DNA of 63,298 bases, counting the filler, from Reticulomyxa filosa (taxonomy: Eukaryota > Protista > Foraminifera), in assembly GCA_000512085.1 (NCBI GenBank). It is 19 parts of 19 records of this genome, joined end to end, with 100 filler letters (N's around TTAATTAATTAA, not from the genome) between each part and the next. Parts side by side here need not be neighbours in the genome. Positions count along the whole stretch, not along the records: positions 48,039 to 54,114 come from ASPP01023862.1; positions 54,215 to 55,380 come from ASPP01043028.1; positions 55,481 to 59,606 come from ASPP01025582.1; positions 59,707 to 61,199 come from ASPP01017816.1; positions 61,300 to 63,298 come from ASPP01010120.1; 14 more parts are not named here. The stretch is one strand, 5' to 3'. Under the pieces are notes generated by a model. That model had not been told where the DNA came from, made no database searches, and saw only the letters and a program-made list of their open reading frames with translations. Positions 49,268-62,583 of the stretch are shown one piece after another. The translations under genes were made by a program, and so were the position numbers. Within the stretch, counting starts at the first letter, position 1, and every line of letters begins with the position of its first letter.

Positions 49268-52102
49268 TTATCGTTTTTTGTCCATGTTTTTATCCTTCTC
49301 AACAAATGGTAAACCATTGTGAACAGTACTGTCGCACGTCCACATTGAGAGAAACATAAAAAATAAATTAACATTGTGATTGCAGCAACGTCGTTCCATA
49401 AATTCATTGACCCTATCCTTGTAGATTTGTTCATTGTTATGTTTTGATTTCCAATCTTCAAATTCGAACAACAATCCCATTATTTTATTGACGTCTTGTT
49501 TAAACCACCTAAGTGCAATATAGATAACATTCAAGTCAATAGAATGATTCCACATTGCACTGATATGCATAGTTTGTTGTATGAATTGATCATATCTTAC
49601 CCATGTCAATAATATCATTTGTGTGTATTCATCCTCACTCTCTACTTTTGCATTCCATGCAAAAAGTGTTTTATTTGTTTTTTCATTCATGTCAAAGCTT
49701 ACTGCAGACCTTGAAAATAAAATTGCACGTTCATGTTTGAATGGAGATATCCACGATACATCACAACTATGAATTCCACTAGATCGCCTCATGGAAGGAT
49801 GAAAATGTAAGATACACCCTTGATCACTTCTGTACATCTCTGCAACTTGTACATCATCAGAAGTGCTTACATGGCTAATAAAATACCCTGCTTTGATTTC
49901 TTTAATATTTTCTAATCTCACTGATTTCAGTCCACAATATAATTCCATTTCACTTTCTTCTCTTCGTTCGTGCTTGTGTAATATCATGATAGATCCCTGC
50001 AAATAATCATCCAAATAAGGCCATCGATGATGTCTAAATTGGATTTGATCATAACTGAATTCAGCATTACATGACCTGCCACAATACAATAATACTGCAC
50101 AAATATGATGTAATTGAAGTGGATATCCCATTTGTTTATGAATATCATCATGATACAATATCTTCAATTCATTTAATATTGTTAATGTTTTATCATTTAA
50201 TACCAATTCACATGGATTGGCTTCATTAAAACTAATTTGTTGTTTGATATTATCATAAAGTTGTTTTTTCTCTTGCTTATTATTTGTATGTTGGTATGTC
50301 ATTAAATCACACAGATAGCCATTCTGTATCATTTCGTGTAACAATTTGTGTAACTCGTTGTTTCTTGTTATCTTTAAATGCAATGTATCTTTAATGAGTT
50401 TAATTTTGTGTAAATTACATTCATACAAGAATGGATTGAATGTAGATTTCTTATTTGATCGGGTAATTTCGACACCTAATTCACCACTTTTTGGTAAAGT
50501 AATTCTTTCTATATCAATCGTGTGTTTGTAAGGCACTACAAAACGTCCTTTTATTTTCCAATAAACCTGAATAATCGGATAATGGGGAAGATGTTTATAA
50601 ATGTTATGTAATAAAATGTCTTTATCACTTATAGCTTTTGGGATTGGTGGCTCACTTTTATCAAATGCACATTCAAAGTATATTAATTCATCTGTTCCTT
50701 GAATAAATTGATCTCTCATTTGTAGTTTAACTTTGCAATGATGTAATACTTGTTTCAAGGATATTGAATAAGGATTTAACGAATCTTTATTTATTTGCCT
50801 GCTTCTGTCATTCCAGATGATCTGGAAAGAATTGAACTCCTTTTCGTATGTAAATTTGTGTTACGTCAGTTTTTTCACTGCAAATAGATTCCATTATTTT
50901 AATGACAAAGATATTTATTATCAATATTCTCTTTTTAACTGAGAAGCAATTTGATAAATCAGCTCTATCATAATGATTGATAGTACGAAAGTACCAAGAA
51001 TTATTGAGAATGAGACAAGCCCATTTGACATGCGCGCTATCGACGTCATTGAAATCATTGTACCATTGAATATGAACATTGAATTCCAATGATGATTTGT
51101 TTGGATTTCCAATTTGTAATGATTCAATTTGTAATGATTCAATTTGTAGGCGTTTTTTTATCTTTATTTTCATTAATTTTTGACAACATAATTGTTCGAT
51201 GTTGATAATCAAATACAATTTCGAAATTTTTCCGTTCTCCATTTTTTAACATGCACACTCTTCTTGGAATATTGTATCTTATTTTGTATCTGTTATTGAC
51301 AACCGAGTAGTTTCTGTTAAGCTATTGTATCATATCATTTATTGTTTTGTTAACAAAGACATACTTCAACGATACATGTTTTGCTGAATAATCCACATTC
51401 GATAGCATTTCTACAACCATAATAAATTAACGTCGATCTGGTCATACCAATCTTCATTATTTACTCTTTGGAATCCAAATTTTTGTAAATGTTTTGTCAT
51501 ATTTACAACACTTGATTTACGTCGATACTTAATTGCTGGCATTTCCCACTTCAAATTGTTATATAAACTTTGATTACTAATTTGGCGATATTTAGTATTT
51601 TTAGGATATTTCAAAATGTTCCACAATATATGTAAACACATTTCTCGTATTACCTTTAATTCATTCTTTTCCTTGAATCTATAATATCTCAAGTATCAAA
51701 ATGTTAAGTTAAGTTTTTCAACGGCAATAGTACATAATATATAAACATTTAACTCATTGACATTGCTAGCGGAACAAATCTCCATCAATTTCATTCCTGC
51801 TTCAAAGTAAAATTGGTTGCCTTTTTTCCAAGTTTGTGATATTATTTTTGTTTCAATTTTACTGCCAAAGCATTTGAGTAAGTTAATCAAATGACTTTGT
51901 TGTTGTGAATTTGCTCTATGTTTGCAACAATGAACAATATGATTTTAGTTTATTTTTAAAAAATACAATTTTTTTAACGTGTTTTCTGTGAGCCAAAGTA
52001 AGCGTCTTCTGTCTTGGATACGTTTCCCTTATAGTAGTTCCATGCTTCTACAAGGACCTCTTTGTCTATCTTAGGGAAAATTTGTTGAAGTTGTATGAGC
52101 AT
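49268..52102 (-). CDS. CUE-like + PUB + mono-ADP-ribosyltransferase-like protein (multi-exon; frameshifts in 5' exons, possibly a pseudogene)
   Basis: CUE-like LQQIFPKIDKEVL..YKGNV; PUB HILWNILKYPKNTKYRQI..LQKFGF; ART fold ICAVLLY, ELYCGL, HVSTSDDVQVAEMY, GCILHF and DVSWISPFKHERAILF. Confidence 0.75.
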
Positions 52103-52798
52103 AGCGATGGACTTACATTCAACAATCAATAAAACTTTTTTCCAACTTAAACGAACCAAAAAACCTTTTGTGGTTTGTTTTAAACAAAGAACGACCAGTA
52201 CTTATTTAATCTGTTTTTTTTGAAACTAAAGTTAGTTTCTTTGATTTTGTTCAATTTGCAAACCTAGTAATCAGCACCTTTCCAAGATTCGTATTGTATA
52301 TCTCGAATAAATTTTGTGCTTTCACTTTTGCATTTTAAGCAAATTTCACATTTCACAAAGGAGATTTGATAAAGATCAAATGAACATAAGCAAAAGAGTA
52401 AAATATCATTCATGCCTTTTGACAAAAAACCAGCTGTAAATGGTTTTATGTAATTACATTCTATCTAATTTTTTTTGCTCACGAACAACAGTTTTCAAAG
52501 TTTTTGTTCTCTCTTTCGGAGGGTTTTTCCAGTTTGAAATAGGTCTAGGTTTTTTACTGTTTTTTAGTTAGCAAAGTTGACTCTAATCTCTTTAATTTAA
52601 GGTAATGAATGTATCTTTACGTAAGAATGTTTTCAAAGCTACGACATTTGTATTGATTTGGATTGTTAAATTTTCACTCGTTTTTTTGTAAACGGAGAAA
52701 AGAGCGTTTTTACCTTCTAACATACAGAAAATATCCTTTGTTTTCTTTTTTTTTGTTGGGATAAGTAATACAGACCGCAAGTTACTTTAAGAGAAAAA

Positions 52799-53278
52799 AT
52801 GGGTGATACGCCTAGTAAAGAGCAGTCGATGAATTACGCAAAGGGGTATGGGGATTTCAGTCTAAGCATAAAAGGAGACGTAGTCGGCTTTATAGCCGGG
52901 GTCATCATCGGAATCGTGATTGGATGGGCTATAATAAAATCGTCCAAAAAGAGTCCAGCTCCTCATCGAACCGTATTTTTTAAGAGAACCGTGCTTGAAC
53001 ATGGTGCTAAAGCGGCCGGGTATAAAAATGCCGATTACACAAAACACAAAGAGAGCCTCAGAAAAGTGGCTCAAGCTTTAAGCGAAGCCATGCAACAAAT
53101 GGAGGCACAATATAATAATTGCAATAATATTGACACAAAATTGAAACAGCAAGAAGCAGAATTAGAAGGGTTGAGCAAAATTGAAAGCGAATTGAACAAC
53201 CAAATTCAAAAATTGTGTAAGATCCAAAACAGTTTTGACAATTGTGGTGGATATGGATGGGAAGCAATGGTAAGTTAA
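52799..53278 (+). CDS. Small single-pass membrane protein with coiled coil, unknown function
   Basis: ATG-initiated 159-aa ORF with a Gly-rich TM segment (VVGFIAGVIIGIVIGWAII) and a heptad-like C-terminal half. Confidence 0.55.
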   Translation: MGDTPSKEQSMNYAKGYGDFSLSIKGDVVGFIAGVIIGIVIGWAIIKSSKKSPAPHRTVFFKRTVLEHGAKAAGYKNADYTKHKESLRKVAQALSEAMQQMEAQYNNCNNIDTKLKQQEAELEGLSKIESELNNQIQKLCKIQNSFDNCGGYGWEAMVS

Positions 53279-56146
53279 ATCGAAAAATTGAAAGATGACA
53301 TCAGTCAGACTCTCAGTAGCGTAAAAGACCAAATATTAATTATAAACTAATTACTTTTTTTTGAAGAATGTTTTTGTGTAAACTGTCCTTTAGATGAAAC
53401 ATTTTTATCATTCATGTTCGTTTTTTGCACGTTTTTTGGTGATATAAAACCATGATTGGCAAAAAGGTTGACACAATACTAAATCAGATTTGCACACTCT
53501 TTCATCTTTTCAAAAGTAGTATTATGATATTTTTGATTTAAAAACATAGATCGTTTATTTGTTGACTTTTATCGGATACCAAAATCTTCTTTCAATATGG
53601 CCAATTTTAACCATCCATTATTTTAAATTTATTTTTAAGCGTATGGATATTTTTTGTTGCCTGAGTGAGATATCCCATGTATACGTATTTATCTGCTACA
53701 ATATTAATACACTTGTTTTAAAAAAAAACTGAGTTGATGAATTTTTCAAGCGGCCGTTTTTGAGGGTGATTGAACTTGAGATGAAAAAAGTATTAAAAGT
53801 CTTGTTTGACAAGTATACACTTCAAAGATAATTTCAGAAGTAGTAAATGAAACACTGTGATGAAAGTCCAAATTTTCAAAAAAAAGAGCTGCTTTTTCTG
53901 GTCACAAGTGTATTTTTTTTTTTGTGAAAAATCAAAAGTTTTGAGTTTTTTGTTCGACGTCAGCCTGATTTTCAAATTAAAGAAATGACAAGGCAAAGTG
54001 AAGAAGGTTGTAAAAAGAAGTTTAACCCACACAAACAGTAATTTTTTTTGACGATCAGCTTTTTTTTTCCTTTCGTTGACATATTGAGTTACAATTTTGT
54101 TATTTCACAGTATGNNNNNNNNNNNNNNNNNNNNNNNNNNNNNNNNNNNNNNNNNNNNTTAATTAATTAANNNNNNNNNNNNNNNNNNNNNNNNNNNNNN
54201 NNNNNNNNNNNNNNGCCGGTACACAAACTAGTTGATATGCAATTTTATGAGTCAGCCATTGATTCAGATGAATGATTGTATGAATCACATTGGTGTTAAA
54301 TGAAAAAAAAAAGAGAGCCATTGACTACCACTGCCGTCTTTCCAGCCATCTTTGCGATACATTGTAAAGATTTTGCAATATTAAACATGTGGATTTGATT
54401 GTATACTTGCTTGGAGAATTGTTTGCTTGGAATGAAATTGGTTTGCTTCCCAAACATGATAAAAGTGGAGCGATAATGGGCCAGTAGTTGGATTGAACGC
54501 ATCGCAATCAAGTGTGAAAAACTTCAAAGAAGTAGTAATTTTGATTCTTTGAAACGTGGAATCTTTCACATAATTGAATAAGTGCACCTTTTCGTATTGA
54601 CAATAACACACATATCGCCTCCCCGATATCTATAACAAATAATTTCTTGGACCAAGTAATTAGGCTTGATCATTTGACGCGTAGTTCTTTGATGGCATTG
54701 CACAACAGATTAGTCGCATTTTTTTCTTCCAATGTGAAACACTTTCAGAGCACATGCAAGACTTTTTCTCTATATGTGCAATACACCACGTTCTTCAAGC
54801 ACTTGCAAGGCTTCGGTTCCATGTCCTCTTAGTATATGTATCGCAAACAAATGTCTTGATAACAACTTTCTTTTTTTATCTTCAATTTGTTTTTTAAAAA
54901 TTTTTTAAAATTAAAACCAATGTATCATAAATACTTGTTGTCACTGGAACAGTTACAGCATTCATCACAATATCTTACGATATGTTCATCGACATCCATT
55001 AAATGCCGACCGATCTCTTTGAATGCATCGGATCTTTCCCTTTTTTCTTGTTGACGCTTCCACACGCACATCTACGTATACTTTCTTTGCCATTTGCCGC
55101 CTATATTTCAAAAAAACGCTTATTTTAGGATTGAAAAAAAAAATGAGGAAATACACTAGGATAGTATGTGAAGTGATAAGAATTCTGAAGGAGATGATTT
55201 TTTTTGTTATTGGAACTTGTTTTTGTGCTAATTCGTGTCGTCGTCTTCAATGTCTATTTTTTTATTTTAAACAATTCAATATAAAAAAGATGTATATTTG
55301 TTTATTCCACTTAACTATCCATTTGGTACCCGCATGAAATAACAATTTTTGGAGCATAGCTCCAACTTAAACAAAATATANNNNNNNNNNNNNNNNNNNN
55401 NNNNNNNNNNNNNNNNNNNNNNNNTTAATTAATTAANNNNNNNNNNNNNNNNNNNNNNNNNNNNNNNNNNNNNNNNNNNNTAAACCAAAGCCCCAACTAC
55501 GGCACAAACAACAGCCCACCCAAATGTTGCAGCACTTCCTTTAATCATACATTCAACAACACATCCAACAAGAATATGATCAACGTGTGAACCACATATC
55601 GTAGTAACTTGCTTGTATTTTTTTGTGTATGTCACAAGCTTAAGGTTATTATTTTATTGTGGAAGCATCTCAAAAATTTTGTGAAATTATGGGTTAGAAT
55701 ATTCTAAATTGATCATGTTAAAAAACACATTGACGTCTTTTTCTTATTTCTTACCCCTATATTTACATTGATTCATCCCAACGCCTTTTAGTTATTGAGC
55801 AAATTATAAGTTAAGATATAATATCATCACTAGTTCTCCTCCTGTGAAGAACTACGTTTGATATTTGAATATCAATTTCATTCTATTCATTTCGCTGATT
55901 TGTGAATTCAAAGTTGGTTTTATCTTCCTATAAAATTGGTAAAATAAAAAGTTTTCATAGATTATTGGTTCTTTGCACTAAGATTTGCAATTTGTAGCAA
56001 AAAGAAAAAAAAATCGTTTAGGACAGTCAATTTACAAATTTGCTTTCCACAAAGCAGGATTCTTCAATTTTGTCGAAGCAAACAAAAAGGAAGTTCGAAC
56101 ATTAAGGCCCCTTGGCGCATGTTAATAAAGAGTTGAATATCAGCCA

Positions 56147-58048
56147 ATGGATTCCAAACAAAATGATTTGAAACCATTTGTTGAAAAGTCTCCTTTACTG
56201 GTCGAAGAAAGATCCACTTCGTCAAAATCGAGAGCAGAAAAAGAGCCACAGAGAGTACGACGAGTTCATATTTGGATTGTGTTTACACTTTGTGTGGCGT
56301 ATTGTTTTTATCAAATTGATGACTATCTGATATCGGTGACAGTAAAAAATATTCAAAAATCACAACACTGGGGGAATGGTGATGGTACCGGTGTGCAATA
56401 TGACACATTGGTTGGTCCAATGTTCACATTGGTACATTTAGCGTGTGGATTGCCAGTAGGTTACTTTGTGGACAGAAAATTGATTCATCGAAGTCTGCTA
56501 TTAGGATGTGCAGTATTGATATGGAGTCTGTGTGCAGTTTTGACGGGTTACTCCACCGAGTATTGGCAGATTGCTGTTTTGCGAGTCATTTTGGTGTGTT
56601 TTGTAGATATATATTAACATGTACATATTGTTTCACCTGTACATGTATATATATATGATGCATGCATACGTTTTTTAAAAAAGGACATACATGTCAAAGT
56701 TTTGATGGGTCGGGAGGGTGGGACGAATGGAAAACTACACACAAAAGGCAATGGCGACTTCAATGACGAACCCTTTAAGTGCGTCGTTGATAGCTGAGTA
56801 CTTTCCAAATCATATGAAAGCCACGGCAATGAGTTTGTACAACGTAGCCGTATATGTCGGATTTTCGATCGCATTAGGACTTGGAAACATCATTCAGCAT
56901 AAATACTCTTGGCGTTATGTGTGGTGGATATTTGGGTTTGCCGGGTGTGTGTGGTCTATATTTGTATGCTTGCTTCCAACTCCAAACTCCAATTCCGACT
57001 CCAATTCTCTGGTGTTATTGTCTTCTGCCTCATTATCAAAGTCGTTGGCACTAGCGTCGTCAACCGACAATCGCAATGAAACGACGCTTGAATGTACCCC
57101 TTGCGATGATAATAATAATAATGATAATGATAATAACAATAGCAATACTAAGCACTCAATAACGAATGAAAATACTATCGACGCGCAATTGTTACCGGAA
57201 ACGACTGATTCAAAGGAAGTGGTTGAATTGATGGATATTTTGAGATATTTGATAAAAACTCCGAGTTTGATGCTACTGTTAATTGTAAGTTTGTATCGAA
57301 ACAGTGGGGGATACGTTTGGGCATACCAGGCCAATAACTATTTCGCAAACGTTAAGCATCAGTCGGACAATCAAATTGCCATCTACATGTTTTGGGTTCC
57401 TGCTGTCGGTGGGAGCATCGGTCTTGTTTCTGGCTCCATTTTTTCTGATCAATTAGTCAAACGAGGCTATCCTTGTTTTTTCAGATTGGTCTTTCTTAGC
57501 ATCTGCATCTTGATTTGTTTTCCATTTAGTGCTGGTCAGTTGTTCTAAAAAACAAAAATGCATTACTTTTTTATGTTTTCCTTAAGCATTATGTACGTAC
57601 ACATTCCAAAGAATTATTTTTGTTGTTGGATTGATAGGTACACTATTCTTGCCTCCGCCTTATTGCTATCTGTCCATGTTTGTAATGTATTTATTTAGTG
57701 AACAATGGATTAGCATTTGTGTCACTTTAGTAATGGAGCTGACCCCGGACAAAATGAAATCTACCATGTTGTCTGTGTATTATTTTATTGTCGGATTTGC
57801 TGGGTTTATGCCACAGTTGGTTACGCCCGTTCAAAATGCGATTCACTCCTACCGCTTCACCATTTTCCTTTTATGGTCTTGCGTTTATGGGTCTTCCGCC
57901 TTCTTTTTTTTATTCGCTTTTTTCACAGTTATATTACTCTCTTTTTTTTACGTGTGGTACAGTGTTCACTCGCCTCTGTTTTTTTAAAAAAATGATAATA
58001 TAGTTTCGAAGAGACCTGAAACGCAAAGGAGTAAATAATGAAAATTAA
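56147..58048 (+). CDS. MFS transporter (spinster-like), multi-exon
   Basis: YDTLVGPMFTLV..GLPVGYFVDRK (motif A), LIAEYFP..ATAMSLY and about 12 hydrophobic helices; stop at 58046-58048. Confidence 0.9.
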
Positions 58049-58300
58049 TTTGTTGTTTTTTTTTATTTTGAACGTGATAAAAATGTTGGTTATGATCCCT
58101 CTTTGGGAATTTTCCTTTTGAAAACTTTTTCTTTAAAAATGATGAAGGATTTTGTCACTTATGTTTTTATTTGTTAAACTTAGCAAAACTCAATAAAATT
58201 GTTCCTTCTTTTCCCCCCCTTCTTCACTCTCCCTACCCCAAGCAATACGTAAATATAATGTGATGCATTTACTAAATACGAAAATCGGAGATATTCCATT

Positions 58301-59530
58301 TCACCTGGTACCTCGAACGTAATTGGGGTCATATTCTATACCATTTCTCGTAAGTAGCTTTTTAAATTCTTCCGGGTTTTCTTTCTGTAGCTTTTGTTGA
58401 TACTCCAATTCACCTCGTTCCCTATAAATCAGATCAGTGATTGTATCCGTGTGTACGGTTGACTTACTTAACGACTTTTTAAAAAGTTTGGTGGACAGTT
58501 GAGTGCGTTGGAAAAAAAAAAGAGAACAATTGTACTAAACCATAACGTGCCCTGAGCGCGGGCTTTGTTTTTAAGATCTCGCATGCTGGTGCCAAACTCG
58601 TAATTGTTCCAATTCCACCAAATCCCGCATTGGCCACATTGCAAAATGTTGCATAATCCCTTGTCTTTCATAGTCGGAAATTGGCATTTTGGACAAAGCC
58701 GTAGCACGCCCGACTTTAGCAACTCTTGGAAGCCCTGATCCGATTTGATTGGATTTCGGCTCACTGTTTGAGCGAACCCGCAGCACGCACAGTGTCTTTT
58801 TTTTTCATCTTCTTTGCTTTGCAACACGACAAATCCATATCGGCATTCTTTAGTATTTTGGCATTTTATCCAATTCGGGTTTCTTGCCAAATGTTTCAAA
58901 AGAAAACTTTTTGCAAATTTGCATAATTCCTTTTGTATAAATATATACGTATATGTATATGTACATACATGCATATATAAAATATAAATTATAATGTTAT
59001 GTGAAAACAAAATAAATAAACTTCTCTATCCAAAGTCTCAAATAAGAGATGAGAAAAAATGGGTTGAAAGCAATTTGGAAAAGGACAGCAAAGCCATGGA
59101 AGGACATCCTCGTCTTTGACTTTTGACTTCAAATAATGTTTGAAACAGTCTTCGCAAATCATTGCATGATTGCAATGTTTTTGCATTCGAACGATCTTGC
59201 ACTGTTTCTAATCCATTCCTCAAATGCCGCCATTTGTTTTTTTTTTTCCAATTGTGGATATTTATGTCATTATATAAATTTACTATATATACTATTATAA
59301 ACATATTTTAAAAAAAACAATGTTAATAATAATAAGAATTAACTTGATCAAAATCCGAGAAGCAAACTTGACAGGTATGAAATGCTTCAGACTCTTCGGC
59401 TTCAGACTTCCGTGGCGGAACATATTTCATCATTCGTTCCAGCAATGTGGCATTAATAGATGATGCTCCGTATTCTTTGTTTGACGGGAAGTAATACACC
59501 ATGTTTAACATCTCAAATAAATCCAGCACT
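58301..59530 (-). CDS. RBR (RING1-IBR-RING2) E3 ubiquitin ligase, 3' part, multi-exon
   Basis: CQVCF..CNHAMICEDCF..CCPFPNC; IBR WIKCQNTKEC..CACCG; RING2 RLCPKC..KDKGLCNILQCGQC with the catalytic Cys present. Confidence 0.88.
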
Positions 59531-59566
59531 TCTTTTTGTTCATTTGCAATGCGATCATGATCGCTT

Positions 59567-59606
<40 letters not shown>

Positions 59607-59706
59607 NNNNNNNNNNNNNNNNNNNNNNNNNNNNNNNNNNNNNNNNNNNNTTAATTAATTAANNNNNNNNNNNNNNNNNNNNNNNNNNNNNNNNNNNNNN
59701 NNNNNN

Positions 59707-60522
59707 AAAAAAAAAAAAAAAAAAACAAACTTGGTTTTAAAGCTTCTGCTTCGATTAATCCTGGAACAGGTAAAAATATTGTTTGGCGTGTCGACGTTTT
59801 TATTACTACACATTTGCTTGACCTCGTTGTTGATTCATCCATTGTGGACTCATCTACTAATTCTTCATCATCTTTTGGCGGATCCAAAATCTTTATTATT
59901 ATTGTTATAATAATAATAATAATAATGTCATCACACAGACATACAAATTCGTTGAATGTGTCATTGATGCATTTTTTTTATTTATTTGTTTGTAGGTTTT
60001 TTAACTTCGACAACATTTGACACTAAGTAAGGTAATTGCTTGTGCAGTTTAATTTTGTCACGACTTTCTTTTACACGCGCTTCTGCCTGTTGAATTTGCT
60101 GCTTTAATCTGGTTTTTGTTTTTTTTTTTTTAGAAAAAAAAATTATACAATTTTGAAATGAAAAGTAACCTCAAAAAAAAAAAGGGGGAGGGAAAAAGGG
60201 GACGGAGAGAGGAAAAGGGAGGGAAACGATTTGATCTTATTGTGGAGATTGGGATTTGGATTACAGTTGGACGAGTTGAAACGGAATTGTTTTGTTGATA
60301 CCTCACAGTCTCAGATTGCATTATTCGGATATTGTTTTGAATCATTCGGATTCGGTTGCCCAATTCCTCGTTTGTTAATCCGTGAACGTCATACCCCAGT
60401 TGTAAAAGTCCTTGGATTGGGTCACTTGAGATCACCTCATCTGTTCCTGATTTGCCACTTTTGTCACCTGTCTTATCTTCCATGGCTGCATCACCACTTC
60501 CTCCTTTTGTTGGCTCACTCAT
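59707..60522 (-). CDS. RPT5: 26S proteasome AAA-ATPase subunit Rpt5/PSMC3, 5' part
   Basis: RIRMIQNNIRIMQSE, KQLPYLVSNVVE and KCVVIKTSTRQTIFLPVPGL..LKP. Confidence 0.93.
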
Positions 60523-60977
60523 TGAAAACTACGTCCCCACAGAGTTTATTAAGAAAATCTAAAGAAGGGGTTTTTTTTATTATACTTTTTTTTATCAAAG
60601 AAAAGGTTATTTGCTGCAAGAAGTATAAAAGATAACACCACATGATTTACTTTTTTTTCAAATTTTCATTGCAGCTAAGATAAGAACAAGTTCTTTTTCT
60701 AATATCTAGTTATGTTTTAATTTGAAAGATTATTCATACGAACTTTTCTCAAACTAGTGATGATTCATATATTGAAAAGTGATCATAAGCATGTATTACC
60801 AATTTACTTTTGTAACGTAGTCAACACCAGGGGATAGAACTTAAAAAATTTCAAGCAGTTAAAAAAACGGATAATAAAACGACTATTCAAAATGAAACAA
60901 CAAGCATTTGTAAGTTTCAAGTTAATACCTGAGAAAGTTAGTTCCTTTAAGTTAGTACAAGGTCTGTTGTTGAACCA

Positions 60978-61080
60978 GTTAGAAGAAGAACGCATTTAAA
61001 CTGTCATTGCGCACTGGATCAGAATATTAAACATCAAATTAAGATTGATAAATGGTTTTGGCAAAATAGTTGTCAATTAT
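60978..61080 (+). pseudogene. Relic of the WD40-family N-terminal exon
   Basis: EEERI*TVIAHWIRILNIKLRLINGFGKIVVNY is paralogous to the exon at ~1995-2095 and has an in-frame stop. Confidence 0.7.
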
Positions 61081-61299
61081 GTTATGTTTTTTTTTGTTAT
61101 TGTTTTTCATTCAATATCAATTAAATATTTATAATATGTAATCATTATTGTTACCTTTACTTTATAACATAAATTACTCAAAACTTTTTATGAGTTTACN
61201 NNNNNNNNNNNNNNNNNNNNNNNNNNNNNNNNNNNNNNNNNNNTTAATTAATTAANNNNNNNNNNNNNNNNNNNNNNNNNNNNNNNNNNNNNNNNNNNN

Positions 61300-62583
61300 T
61301 GGTTCAGGGCTGCGGTCTTGTCATTGGATGGCATCGAGGATGCTGCCGAAACGGCCGAGCCCTCCGCCATGCGCGCCAGCACGCCCTTCAGGCTGGCTTC
61401 CGAGTCGATCAGGAACTGGCCGGAAGCCACCACCTTTTGCCCCGCCGCTAGCCCGTTGAGTACGACGCTCTTGCCGCCGGCTTCCTGGCCAAGTTGCACC
61501 TCGACCGGTTGGAAGCGTCCGCCGTCGCCGGCGAGTAGCACCACGCTACGGGTGCCGGTGCGAATGATGGCTTCGGTCGGCACCACGATCGCCGGTTTGC
61601 CCGTCCCCGCCTCGAAACGCACCTGGGCGAACATGCCCGGCTTGAGCCGGCCATCGCGATTGGGCAACTCGATGCGCACGCGCAGGGTCCGGCTATCGGT
61701 ATTGGTTTGCGGCAGCACCGCGATGACCTTGCCCTTGAACGTCTCACCGGGATAGGCCGTCAACTGCGCCACCAACGGCTGTCCGGTCCGGACACGACCA
61801 GCCTGAGCTTCGGGGACGCCGCCTCCAGCCATACGCTGCCCAGCCCGTTGACCCTGGCCAGCGTCATGCCCATGCTGACGGTCATGCCACTGCGTACGTC
61901 CAGCTCCTGGATGACGCCGCCAAGCGGGGTAGAAATGGTGACAATGGGGTGAAGGGTGCCGGTTTGCTCGACGCGGCTGATCAGCGACTCCGGCATCCCG
62001 GTGAGGCGCAGGCGCTCCCGGGCGGCATTGGCCAGCGCCTTGCGCCGGTGTTGCGCATGGCCAAATATTCCTGCTGGGCGCCAGCCCACTCCGGCACCAG
62101 CAGATCGGCGATGGGGGCGCCGGCTGAAACCACATCGCCCGTGGCTCGGGCATACACTCTTTGCACGAAACCGGCACTACGAGCCTGGACGACGGCGACT
62201 TCCCGCTCGTTGAACCCGACGGTCGCCACCGCGTCGACCGCTTCCGTCAGGGTCTTGGATTCGACCATGGTGAGCCGAATACCCAGGTTCTGCACCACGT
62301 CGGGGTTGATCTTGACCCCGGCAGCCTCGCCCCCTTCGTCGGCGTACTTGGGTATCAGTTGCATGTCCATGAACGGCGACTTGCCCGGCTTGTCGAAGTG
62401 CTGGTTCGGCATCATCGGGTCGTACCAGTACAACACTTTGCCGCCTGTGGCGTCGGCCGCCGTGGCTGCAGGGCTTGCCGTGTGCTCGGTCTGACCTTGG
62501 CGGGCCAGCCAGTAGCCCCCGCCGCCGCTTGCCAGTGCCACAGCCACCACCAGGGCGACGAGTTTGCATTGCTGCTTGTTCAT
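61300..62583 (-). CDS. cusB: Bacterial heavy-metal efflux RND periplasmic adaptor (CusB/SilB family); two single-base frameshifts; 3'-truncated
   Basis: Signal anchor, YWYDPMMPNQHFDKPGKSPFMDMQL metal-binding motif, RTLRVRIELPNRDGRLKPGMF and VVASGQFLIDSEASL; frame slips at ~62043 and ~61818. Confidence 0.9.

Noticed and set aside
51110-51148. 15-bp tandem repeat (LQIES)n, and a ~14-bp repeat at 37543-37572
   Set aside because: Ordinary local slippage duplications with no spacer structure.
54215-55380. Possible PPR/DYW relic (GHGTEALQVLEE on the minus strand)
   Set aside because: A single short resemblance among many stops; insufficient evidence.
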